Below are positions 19,623-28,868 of a DNA stretch of 64,000 bases, in pieces. Numbering within the stretch: position 1 is the stretch's first letter; every line of letters starts with the position of its first letter. Under the pieces are notes generated by a model. That model searched no databases. It was not told the origin of the DNA and saw nothing but the letters and a program-made list of their open reading frames with translations. Both the position numbers and the translations under genes were made by a program. The DNA comes from an uncultured Spirochaetota bacterium (GTDB lineage Bacteria > Spirochaetota > Spirochaetia > SZUA-6 > Fen-1364): positions 1,216,001-1,280,000 of the forward strand of contig CAWAHW010000002.1 of assembly GCA_963781885.1 (NCBI GenBank), written 5' to 3'.

Positions 19623-21037
19623 ATGAAAAGGGTGTTCATTTCATACCGATACAAGGATCATCCTCGGTTTGAACTTGTCAGAGAGATCTCGGCACGCCTC
19701 CGCTTCTTCTCGATAGAGGTGATCCTGGATCAACGCAGTTTGCTTTTTGGAGAGGACATCAAGGCTTTTATGGAGGAGATGATACAGACAGCAGACGCGA
19801 TCGTGATCCTTCTAAGTGAAGACTATAATCAGGCTCTCCGCCAGGAGGTCGGCCCGGGAGCCGGCGTCCGCTTTGAAGTAAGTCTCGCTCTGCAAGAACG
19901 AAAGCGAAGGCCTGCTTTTCGAAATTCTCCCGATCCTTCTCGACTCAAGTCTTCCTGTCCCCCCATTTGACCGTTTGAAGTGCGCTAGACCGAACGATAT
20001 CGATCAAATCGTCACAGAACTGGGGTTGGTTGAGCATCTGAGTGAGTCGCGTGTTCTGGCCGACCGCTACCGTCTGGATCAATTCGTTGAAACTCGTGGA
20101 CTGGCTCGCGTGTTCAAGTCCCATGATCTGGTTTTGGATACCCCTGTGGAAGTCTATATGGTTCCCGCGACAGGGGAGACTGGCCTTCAGGGCGAGAGGT
20201 TCCGGATTTTCGAAAGGGTCCTAAAAGGACGATCTCAGGCATTTAGTCCATTTCTCCTAAACATTCGCGATTCTTACGTAGATTCTGATGGTGCGTATTA
20301 TCTCGTCACCGAAGAGTTTGCCGGTACCGACCTGAGCGTGCCTCTCAACAGAGGGTTTACGACACACCCTTTTGGCGCACTCTGCATCGCCTACCAGGTT
20401 GCCCTTGGTCTCTACGAGCTTCACCAGAGTGGAGTTCTCCATGCTGGCCTGGCTCCGCGCGCCATCCGGCACAACAAAGAAAGAACTCTCTGCAAGATCG
20501 TTGACTTTGAATTCGCAAGACCCGCTATCGGCGTTCGTCAGCTGCCACTGGACGGATACCCTATCATTTCGCCCCCGGAGCGTTTTGCTGGCAAACCGCC
20601 CTCCATTTGTCAGGATGTCTACCAACTCGCGAATCTTGTATTTTGGCTTATTTGTGGTTTTCCGGTAGTGTCGCGCTCTGTCTATAGGCTCATGCCTTCA
20701 GCCTTAACTCTTTCCACTGTGGTTTGTGAGGATTCTGGCCTCCAAGAATCTCATTGCATCTACGCTATCCGATTTTTCCTCTCGGAAAATAGCAACGGCG
20801 GATCGGAATCCAGACTTAACCGAGGCTATCGCCAGATCGCAATCGACCGACTTCATAAGAAATGTATTAAGCCCGTTTCTTGCTTCCTGTCTTCATCCTG
20901 ATCCTCGATTGAGGCCGAGAAATATCGGTGAAGTGCTGGGCTTTCTATCGACACTGGAGATTCCGCCAGCGGGCAGACTGCTCGATCGTGGGGGCGCCGA
21001 AGTGTCGGGTGCTCTTTTTCCAGAATATGAAACGTAG
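19623..21037 (+). CDS. TIR/SEFIR-like domain fused to Ser/Thr pseudokinase; two apparent +1 frameshifts (~19918, ~20715)
   Basis: VFISY, ILDQ, ADAIVILLSEDY, GVRFE; kinase fold DRYRL, YYLVTE, LYELHQSGVLH, KIVDFE, DVYQL, CLHPDPRLRP. Confidence 0.75.
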
Positions 21038-21127
21038 GTGGAAGGCCACATTGAATTGCAGCCAGGACGCAGCAGGGCACTTGAGCTTCACCGTCCTGGA
21101 TTGAGAATGCGCGGCCACGTCCCTTTT

Positions 21128-21364
21128 TTATAAAGCGATTCTTTGCAGCAGATCGGTTGGAATCGAGCTGAAATGGCTGTCCTTGTGAACGAGTATTGCG
21201 TTATTGAGAGAAGCGCATGCGGCAATCAAGGCATCAAAAAGGGGGAGGCGCGCCTGGCTCAGAGAAGACAGTTCAAAGGCTCTCACTGCGACTGCTGTAT
21301 CAATCGCCATGACGCGCTCAGCCAGCGAGGCATAGGAAAGACTCATAGAGCGCGCTTGATCCAC
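21128..21364 (-). pseudogene. C-terminal fragment of a PIN/VapC-family nuclease
   Basis: LPLFDALIAACA...ILVHKDSHF; N-terminal catalytic Asp missing where the IS21 end begins. Confidence 0.7.
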
Positions 21365-21397
21365 TGTATGTCCGAGTCCAACTGAGCGGGAGCTGGG

Positions 21398-21650
21398 GTC
21401 AGGTCAATTCCCCACCCTCAGGGCTGGTAGGGTCATGTAGATTCCCCGGGTTTCGCGGTTTCGCTCCGTCAGGGTCATTACAATTCCCCACCCCGACGAT
21501 CCCCGGTAGGGTGTCTCCAGAGGGGGACATCAAGGATGGGCTATCGAAGGATGAAGAAGCGCGACCTGTGGGAGACTACCGCCGATGGCAGGCCGGGCGG
21601 TCGCTCTCGCATATTGCCGCTAAAGAGCGGCGCGATCGACGATCAACTCT
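21398..21650 (+). mobile_element. IS21-family left end with IstA N-terminal remnant
   Basis: Three repeats ggtca-n-attcccc; ORF from 21536 MGYRRMKKRDLWE/YRRWQAGRSLSHIA...DRRST. Confidence 0.65.
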
Positions 21651-21654
21651 GAAG

Positions 21655-21858
21655 GTGAAAAACTGCACGGGCTATCACGTGAATATGGCCGCGCGGCTTG
21701 AGAGCATCACGCCCCCGGGCAGCGTCTACGCCACCCAGCAATTCGCCGCTCTCGCGTCATTCCAGGGCAACGCAAGCTTTGCATGCGACTATGTGGGCCA
21801 GATCCCCTTTCCTGAAGGATTTGGCTCATACCCGATCTACCTCGTGAGGAGGGAGTAG
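21655..21858 (+). pseudogene. 3' fragment of a paralogous class III cyclase gene
   Basis: Codon-aligned with 19274-19474; many synonymous differences. Confidence 0.85.
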
Positions 21859-21893
21859 CGCGTTCACCACAAACGGACGTACACGTGTTTGAC

Positions 21894-22586
21894 TCACTCC
21901 TGCCGATCGACCGAAGACGGGGATATTCCCAGGCGGGAAAGCGACCGCGCGGCTTCATCTCGAACTCTCTCGTCCCAATCCTTCAAGCATTCCTGGAGAG
22001 CTCCCACCGCCCGAGAATCCTCGATCTGGCCCAATGAATGAATAACGGCAATCCGTGTATGGACGTCGTACATTCCATTCCCGTGCGTCTTCAAGCTCTT
22101 TACGAGAGGCTCGACCGCATGCGGTTCGCGCAATAGTCCCAATGCGCGCGCGGCTTCGGTGCGGCGCCTGACGCCCAAGTCCCACACATGCTGGTCGGAA
22201 ATCCCCCGGCTCTCCTCCCGAGCCCACGACCTGTTGAACTCATCGTCATCGCCCTCATAATGAATCCTTCTTCGTGATGAGGTCATGCCTTCAGGATGCA
22301 GCTCGGTGATCCACAGCTCGAGCAATCGCGCCTTCAGGTCGGCATCCCGAACGCGTGCCGCCATCGTAACCAGGGCATCCACGGCGGCATGTGCTTCCGT
22401 GTCATCCTCAGCTCCGCGAGCGACAAGCAAGGGCTCCACGGCGCTGTCATCCCCGACCTCGCCCAACGCGGCTGCCGCCTTTGTCACGCTCATACGATCC
22501 TTGGAAGAGCGAAGGACTTTGATCAAGTTTTTCACGTCCGAGCGGGCCTTCATGCGATCGACGTTTGGCGGACCGAATATGCTCAT
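21894..22586 (-). CDS. HEAT/PBS-lyase repeat protein
   Basis: AAAALGEVGDDSAVEPLL, AARALGLLREPHAVEPLV, SLGQIEDSRAVGAL. Confidence 0.85.
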   Translation of the reverse strand: MSIFGPPNVDRMKARSDVKNLIKVLRSSKDRMSVTKAAAALGEVGDDSAVEPLLVARGAEDDTEAHAAVDALVTMAARVRDADLKARLLELWITELHPEGMTSSRRRIHYEGDDDEFNRSWAREESRGISDQHVWDLGVRRRTEAARALGLLREPHAVEPLVKSLKTHGNGMYDVHTRIAVIHSLGQIEDSRAVGALQECLKDWDERVRDEAARSLSRLGISPSSVDRQE

Positions 22587-22639
22587 CCTGCGACCTCCCC
22601 ATGCTTATGAATTATTCCGATTCCTCTCATCAACTTCAC

Positions 22640-22884
22640 CTGCAGCGGACCTTCCCCGCCTTGGTGTGCAGCCGCCGTTTTCAATGTCTTTTCCACCATC
22701 TCCCGCAGCACCTCGCTGAGCTGGTCCTTCACCAACGCCTCGTCGATGCGTATAATCCTTTGCTGTGAACCTTCGTAGTTCATGACGCCCTCCTGAATCA
22801 GTCTGGTCCAGCAACTCAACTGAAGCAGAAGAAGGCGCCCTATTTCGAAGGACTCCAAATGTGCGAAAGATAGTATACGTAATC
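22640..22884 (-). mobile_element. IS256-family remnant, internally deleted
   Basis: IIRIDEALVKDQLSEVLREMVEKTL, then RLHTKAG in another frame; end-like sequence gattacgtatactatctttcgcacattt. Confidence 0.6.
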
Positions 22885-23038
22885 CTGCCGGAGGCCGTAA
22901 AGTTGTGGGACCGCGCCACGGCGAGCAAGATCCCGGAAATTCCTGGCACAAATGGGATTGGCGGTCAAACGCCAGGGCGTGGCTGGGCCGCGTTCAAGCG
23001 TTATTATGAGTCCGTGAATATGGCAGAGGAGCTATGCG

Positions 23039-26000
23039 ATGACCAAAGCCAATGACCGCTACCATTCGCTACGTGGGCTTAGTCTCCCTCACGATGCCTT
23101 TGAGAAGCTGCCGAACATCGAGCGCTACCTCGACGCGGCAGTCGAGAAAGCGTGCGGCGAAATCGTTGCGAGCGGGCCGTTGCCTTGCATCGATGCGCGC
23201 TATGCATTTGCGTTCAACAAGATGGCGCGTGACAGCTATGAGGCGGGGCGAATTGGTGAGGCGGTGGGGCACTATACCCATGGGATCAAGCTGCTCGCCC
23301 TGCTGCTGAAGTCACCCCATGTGCTTGGCGCGTCCCGGTCGACGATCCCAGAGTTTCTCTCCGGCGTCTATTCCGACCGCGCGAGTGCCTGCTCTGATGT
23401 GAATGACTTCACAAACGCGCTCGCCGACTACGCTTGCGCGCTGCGTTTCGACAATCCACAACGCTGGGTCATACTCCTAAATCGGGCAGGAACATTTGAG
23501 CGAATCGGCGAGTTCCAGAGTGCGGAAAGGGATCTGCTGGAGGCGCAACGAATCGCCCCGAAGGCTGGTACGCCGCATGCAAACACGCATGGCACGGAAG
23601 CCCTCGACCGGATCGAGGAGTCCCTTGGACGCGTTCGTCTCGCGGCAGTCGGTCGCGGGGGGGGGTCGGAGGAGCCGCCGTCGCCTCCAACGCCAGAGGC
23701 AAGTGAGAGCGGGACCTCGCTCTACGGGGTTGGCTCGCCCAAGGTCGGCCTTGACGCCGCTCGGGCCGAGATCGCAGAGGGGGAGCCGCGCGTCATCCGC
23801 GTCTTCATTTCGTCAACCTTTCAGGACATGCAGGCCGATCGCGACGAACTGGTGAAGCGGACGTTTCCTGCGCTGCGCAAGCTCTGTGAATCACGTGGCG
23901 TTACCTGGGGAGAGGTCGATCTGCGCTGGGGCGTGACCGACGAACAACGCGCGGAGGGGAAAGTGCTGCCCCTCTGCCTCGAAGAGATCCGGCGCTGCCG
24001 GCCTTACTTCATTGGGCTGCTGGGGGAGCGATACGGTTGGGTGCCCGACGAGATTCCCAGGGAGCTGACCACGCGGGAAGAATGGCTGACGGAGCACCGC
24101 GGCGTTTCGGTTACCGAGCTGGAGATCCTGCATGGCGTGCTGAATGATCCCCAAATGGCCGACCGCGCCCTGTTCTACTTCCGTGACCCTGCTTACAGCG
24201 AGGGGAGGCCGGATGGCGAGCGAGCGCCGTATCTCGAGGCTCCGAACGCGGACGAGACTGCGCGCTTTGGACGAGAAGAGGCTGCGCGTAGGGCTGAGGA
24301 GCGCAGGCAGAAGCTGAAAGCCTTGAAAGGGCGCATTCGGGATAGCGGCCTTCCTCTTCGCGAGAACTACAGAGATCCACGCGAGCTTGGCGAGCTCATC
24401 TTGTCCGATATGACCTCGATTATCGATCGGCTCTTCCCGGAAGGCTCCGCGCTGGACATCCTCGATCGGGAGGCACGTGATCACGCTTTCTTCGCGCGCA
24501 GCCGCGCAAATGTCTACATTCGGCGACCTGCGTACTTCGAGCGTCTCGATCGTCATGTGGGGAGCGACGATCCGCCCCTGGTCTTGATCGGCGAATCGGG
24601 CTCTGGGAAGTCCGCGCTTGTCGCAAATTGGTCGTTGGAATATAGAAAGAAGCACCCGCGCGATTTCCTTTTGCTTCACTTCATTGGTGCCACACCCGAC
24701 AGCGCGCATTGGGCACCTATGTTGCTTCGGATTATGGGCGAATTCCATCGCCAGCTGGGCATTGTTGGCGAAGTCGGCGAGAATCCGCAGACACTGCGCG
24801 CGTCGTTTGCCCGATGGCTGAATATCGCCGCGGAGAAAGCGCGTATTACACTGATCCTCGATGGGCTGAACCAACTCGAGGACACCGATCAGGCTCTTGA
24901 CTTGAGCTGGCTGCCAGAAACAATCCCGAATAACATTCGGCTGATCCTAACCACTCAGCCGGGCCACACCTTGGATGTGCTGCGCGCGCGCGAATGGCCC
25001 ACCGCACTGGTGGAGCCTTGCACGGAAATGGAACGCGAGAAACTGATCGAACAGTATTTGCTGCAGTATGGAAAGGCGCTCAGCCCAAAGCAGATGAAGA
25101 CGATCGTTTCCGCGACGCAGGCCGGGAACCCTCTTTACACAAGAGCGTTGTTGGAGGAACTGCGAATGTTTGGGGTCCATGAGCAACTCGACCAGTGTTT
25201 CCAAAGCTATCTGCAAGCCGCGACGATCGATCAGCTCTTCGAGAGGATCCTTGCCCGTTGGGAGCACGACTATGAGGACCACCAAGCGCCCCAGCTTGTG
25301 GGCAGGGCAATGACGCTGCTATGGGCCGCGCGAAGAGGTTTGTCGGAAGCAGAGCTGTTGGAACTGCTCGGGACAGAGAAAGCGCCACTACCGCACGCCC
25401 TCTGGTCGCCGCTGCACCGGGCGCTTGACTCGCATATAGTCGACCGGATGGGTCAACTGGCTTTCTCGCATGAATACATGCGTCAGGCAGTACACCAGCG
25501 CTATCTGGCAAATGAGGAAGCAGCACGGGACGCGCATCGCAAGCTCGCAGATTACTTTGCGGGACGAGGTCTTACTCAGCGAAAGATCGAGGAAGAGCCG
25601 TGGCAAATGGATCGTGCTGGCGATTTCAAGTCTCTCGCGCGCCTGCTGTCTGATCCCTCGTTTTTCATTGCCGCGTGGCAGTCGAACCAGTATGAACTGA
25701 AGGCTTACTGGACACATATCGAGAAGCAGTCGGACGTGAGGTTAGCCACAGCATATCACGCCGTACTGGAGTCGCCTGAGAAGGTGGATCATGAGGCAGT
25801 ATGGAACATCGCGATGTTGCTCAACGACACCGGATCTCTTCCAGAAGCACTGCAGCTTCGACGTTACCTGGTCCGCTACTACCGGACGTCAGACGATCGG
25901 AAAAGGCTGGCGGGCGCGCTGGGTAACGAGGCCGCTTCGCTCATGGCTGTCGGGGACATGGCCGGCGCCATGCCCCTGGTTCGAGAACAAGAGCAGCTTG

Positions 26001-27274
26001 CCCGCGATCTGGACGACAAATATGAGCTTGCGAGATCGCTTGGTAATCAAGCGATCATCCAGCGGCACCTCGGCAATCTTGAGGAAGCGAGCAGATTACG
26101 TAAAGAGTGCGCGCTCGTGGCGAAGGAAATGGGCAACGACCTGCTGATGGCCGAGTCGCTTGCGGATCAGGCGTTAATCCTTGCCAAGACGGGCAACCTG
26201 CCCGAGGCGCTGGAAGTAGTCGAAGTGGCGGAGCGTGTTTTTTATGGATTGGGCGAAAAGCGGTCGTTGGCCATCGCTCTGCTCAATCACGCTTCGATGT
26301 TGAAACAGCAGGGCAATCTCCGAGGTGCCCTTGCACTCCACGAGAAGGCTGAGTGCTTGCATCGCGAGATGGGGGACAGGGAATTGGTCGCGAAATCGCG
26401 CGAGCTAGAGGGCGAAATCTTCGTCGCGCTGAAAGATCTTCGCGCAGCGTTGCAGTGTTTCCAGGAGCAAGAACGCCTGGCACGCGAACTGAGCAACATG
26501 CGAATATTGGCCTCATCCGTCGGGCGCCAAGGGCAAGTGTCCGCCCTGCAAGGCGAGCTCGATCAAGCCTTGCGACAGTTCCAAGAGTCCGAGCGATTAA
26601 GCCGTGAGTCGAGTGACCTGGTTCCAGTCGCCTGGTCGCTGATTCAGCAGGCGATTGTGCTGGCAGCCGAGAACGATCTCGATGGCGCGCTGAATCGGGG
26701 CAAGGAAGCCGAGAGCTTGTGTCGCAAGCTTGGGAACAAGCCACTACTGGCAGAGGCGCTCGACCGTCAGTCTCGAGCCTATGCTGCGCGCGGTGAAGGA
26801 AAGGTATGCCAACCGCTGCTAAAGGAACTAGAGCGCCTGTACCGCGAGCTTGGCGACAAGCCGCATCTGCAATCAACACTTGGCTCCCTGGCTGCCCTTC
26901 ATTACTCGGACGGCGACTTCGCTGCCACAATAACGCTGTTGAAAGAACAGGAAGCCCTCGCGCGTGAGCTCAATGATCTGGCGAGCGTGCAGCTTGCGAT
27001 TGGACACCGTGCGGAGATCTTGTTCCGAACCAACAACGTTCCGGCCGCGCTTGACGCGCTGGAAGAGAACGTTCGGCTGTGCCGTGAATCGGGCGATAAG
27101 GCCGGGCTGGTAAGAGTGCTCGGCAACCAGGCTGAGCTCCTGCACCGCAGCGGACAGTATCAACACGCACTGAGACTGGTCGATGAGGCGGCCGCTGTCG
27201 CTCAAGAAGCGCGTGATCTTCAATCGGCCTTGCGGATTGAAGACTTGCGCCATCGGATCCAGACACGTCGGTAG
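23039..27274 (+). CDS. TPR + DUF4062 + STAND/NACHT-like NTPase + TPR sensor (NLR-like)
   Basis: RVFISSTFQDM...VDLRWG...CLEEI...FIGLLGERYGW; Walker A GESGSGKS; Walker B LILDGLNQL; GNPLY; ~40-aa TPR repeats. Confidence 0.9.
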   Translation: MTKANDRYHSLRGLSLPHDAFEKLPNIERYLDAAVEKACGEIVASGPLPCIDARYAFAFNKMARDSYEAGRIGEAVGHYTHGIKLLALLLKSPHVLGASRSTIPEFLSGVYSDRASACSDVNDFTNALADYACALRFDNPQRWVILLNRAGTFERIGEFQSAERDLLEAQRIAPKAGTPHANTHGTEALDRIEESLGRVRLAAVGRGGGSEEPPSPPTPEASESGTSLYGVGSPKVGLDAARAEIAEGEPRVIRVFISSTFQDMQADRDELVKRTFPALRKLCESRGVTWGEVDLRWGVTDEQRAEGKVLPLCLEEIRRCRPYFIGLLGERYGWVPDEIPRELTTREEWLTEHRGVSVTELEILHGVLNDPQMADRALFYFRDPAYSEGRPDGERAPYLEAPNADETARFGREEAARRAEERRQKLKALKGRIRDSGLPLRENYRDPRELGELILSDMTSIIDRLFPEGSALDILDREARDHAFFARSRANVYIRRPAYFERLDRHVGSDDPPLVLIGESGSGKSALVANWSLEYRKKHPRDFLLLHFIGATPDSAHWAPMLLRIMGEFHRQLGIVGEVGENPQTLRASFARWLNIAAEKARITLILDGLNQLEDTDQALDLSWLPETIPNNIRLILTTQPGHTLDVLRAREWPTALVEPCTEMEREKLIEQYLLQYGKALSPKQMKTIVSATQAGNPLYTRALLEELRMFGVHEQLDQCFQSYLQAATIDQLFERILARWEHDYEDHQAPQLVGRAMTLLWAARRGLSEAELLELLGTEKAPLPHALWSPLHRALDSHIVDRMGQLAFSHEYMRQAVHQRYLANEEAARDAHRKLADYFAGRGLTQRKIEEEPWQMDRAGDFKSLARLLSDPSFFIAAWQSNQYELKAYWTHIEKQSDVRLATAYHAVLESPEKVDHEAVWNIAMLLNDTGSLPEALQLRRYLVRYYRTSDDRKRLAGALGNEAASLMAVGDMAGAMPLVREQEQLARDLDDKYELARSLGNQAIIQRHLGNLEEASRLRKECALVAKEMGNDLLMAESLADQALILAKTGNLPEALEVVEVAERVFYGLGEKRSLAIALLNHASMLKQQGNLRGALALHEKAECLHREMGDRELVAKSRELEGEIFVALKDLRAALQCFQEQERLARELSNMRILASSVGRQGQVSALQGELDQALRQFQESERLSRESSDLVPVAWSLIQQAIVLAAENDLDGALNRGKEAESLCRKLGNKPLLAEALDRQSRAYAARGEGKVCQPLLKELERLYRELGDKPHLQSTLGSLAALHYSDGDFAATITLLKEQEALARELNDLASVQLAIGHRAEILFRTNNVPAALDALEENVRLCRESGDKAGLVRVLGNQAELLHRSGQYQHALRLVDEAAAVAQEARDLQSALRIEDLRHRIQTRR

Positions 27275-27989
27275 CTCTCCCCACGCGTGATCGCGCTCAG
27301 AGGCCGATCCTTGAAAGTGGGCAGAATGAGACGCTTGAGTTGGGAAGAGCGCAGCACCGCACATGACCGCGAGAAGTGTCCGGAGTGACCTATGTTACGG
27401 GCTGTGCAGGGTGCCGAGGGGCTTGTGTGGGCGAAACCATTCCAGGGCAAGCCGATGCATGGCTCCCGAGGCAGAGGTCTCCCCCGGCTGTGCGAGCGGC
27501 ATCCGTTGTGGGGGCTCTGTCAGGCGGCGGGTTTCACAAGACTACGCATGCGCTCCTGTTGCTCAGCTCTGATCCGTCCCATCGCGATCCGGAGGAGGGC
27601 TATGGTGGGCGCTTGGGGGGGAGCAAATCGCACTTTAATCCATTATTTTAGCTGATCATAGATCCCAAAAACATTTGAACATAAGGGCGCAACAATTTGC
27701 ACCGAAGCGCGAACCGGCGCTGCCTTTGAGCAGAGTTTCGGGGATGTGTCGTGCAATACGGTCGAGGTTGGGCGCGTTTGTCCTATGGTCGCCATGGATG
27801 TCGCACTGGCTGTTCAAGATATACTTGCATCCAAATAGCCGCTTGGTCTTGAAGGAAAGAAAAGAGGGGGCGGAGAGCTGTTGCGGAACGCGCGATGCGT
27901 AAATAGCCTTGTGGGTGATTGTCACCTAAAGCCGAGCCTTCAATCATTTCTATTTTCTCCTGAGAAGCAGGATGGATTCTCCGTAAGCG

Positions 27990-28280
27990 AGTATCGCCGG
28001 CGATACTTCGACCAAGCGCAGCTCCAACCTGAGCGAGAGCATCAAAAAAGCGACTTGTGAAGTAGTGGACAAGAAGAAAGTCAGAGTTAACAGCTAATAT
28101 ATTACATAGCAAATAGTTAGAAGATTTATGTAAACAGGAATGAAGTTGTAAACGGCATAATTCCTTGATGCGAAACGAATTGAGAAAAGGCGTTTACATC
28201 CTTTATCTTGTCCTATGCATTTTGTCCTATGCACTTTATCATTCCATCTTGATATCGAAGTATCGCCGGCGATACTTCGA
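27990..28280. repeat. Two copies of a palindromic 22-mer plus a 12-bp direct repeat
   Basis: agtatcgccggcgatacttcga at 27990-28011 and 28259-28280; ttgtcctatgca at 28208 and 28222. Confidence 0.85.
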
Positions 28281-28455
28281 ATATCTATGCAATGGACTGG
28301 GTTTTATGCTGCCGGCATGCTTGATGGATTACTTTCATCGTCCCCCCTGCGAGGCGGCAAAATCGGAAGACCCTTGAAGTGCAAGGACATATATAGCCGA
28401 GATTCCGCGTACCGCAATGTGGTGGTGATATAATGCCACAACTGAGGAGGCATCC

Positions 28456-28653
28456 ATGGATTTCAGGCGGTTTCGAGTGTACGTGGACGAGGTGGAAGAA
28501 GGGAAAGGTTTCGAGACGGATGAAGCTTTTCCCGTTCTATCCATGAGGGATGGGCAAGGAGGAGTAACGGAACTTCTTGTCCCGGATATCAAGAAAAAAC
28601 TCACTTGGGTGAAGATGAAAAACACAAAGTTCATGGGCTTGAGCAGAGTGTAG
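28456..28653 (+). CDS. Small hypothetical protein (65 aa)
   Basis: Strong GAGGAGG RBS; globular composition. Confidence 0.55.
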   Translation: MDFRRFRVYVDEVEEGKGFETDEAFPVLSMRDGQGGVTELLVPDIKKKLTWVKMKNTKFMGLSRV

Positions 28654-28868
28654 GGAAACCGCGGCAGGCCCCTAAGAGATCGCACTTTGCACTGCCAGTA
28701 AGAAAGATTCGAGCCGTGAGCCTCCGAGAAGCCCCCCGGACGAACTTTTACTGACAGACACCCTCAGGGGGGGGGGCGCAGACCCTGCAATGGCCCGCTA
28801 ATAGCAGGCTATGTCATGACTGCATCGTAGCCCCTATGTTTGAAAGCACTGCGCCGCCAAAGGACTGA

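Noticed and set aside
17168-21037. Canonical Pycsar, CBASS or Thoeris call
   Set aside because: No cNMP-binding effector, CD-NTase or ThsA-type SIR2/Macro gene is visible; only partial analogy
19274-21858. Diversity-generating retroelement (VR/TR pair) in the duplicated cyclase tail
   Set aside because: Differences are largely third-position synonymous changes, not confined to adenines; no reverse transcriptase nearby
27300-28170. Short ORFs downstream of the STAND gene
   Set aside because: No motifs, RBS or consistent strand; probably decayed DNA
28733-28766. Possible IS terminal repeat (aacttttactgacagacaccc)
   Set aside because: No partner repeat or transposase found; resemblance too weak
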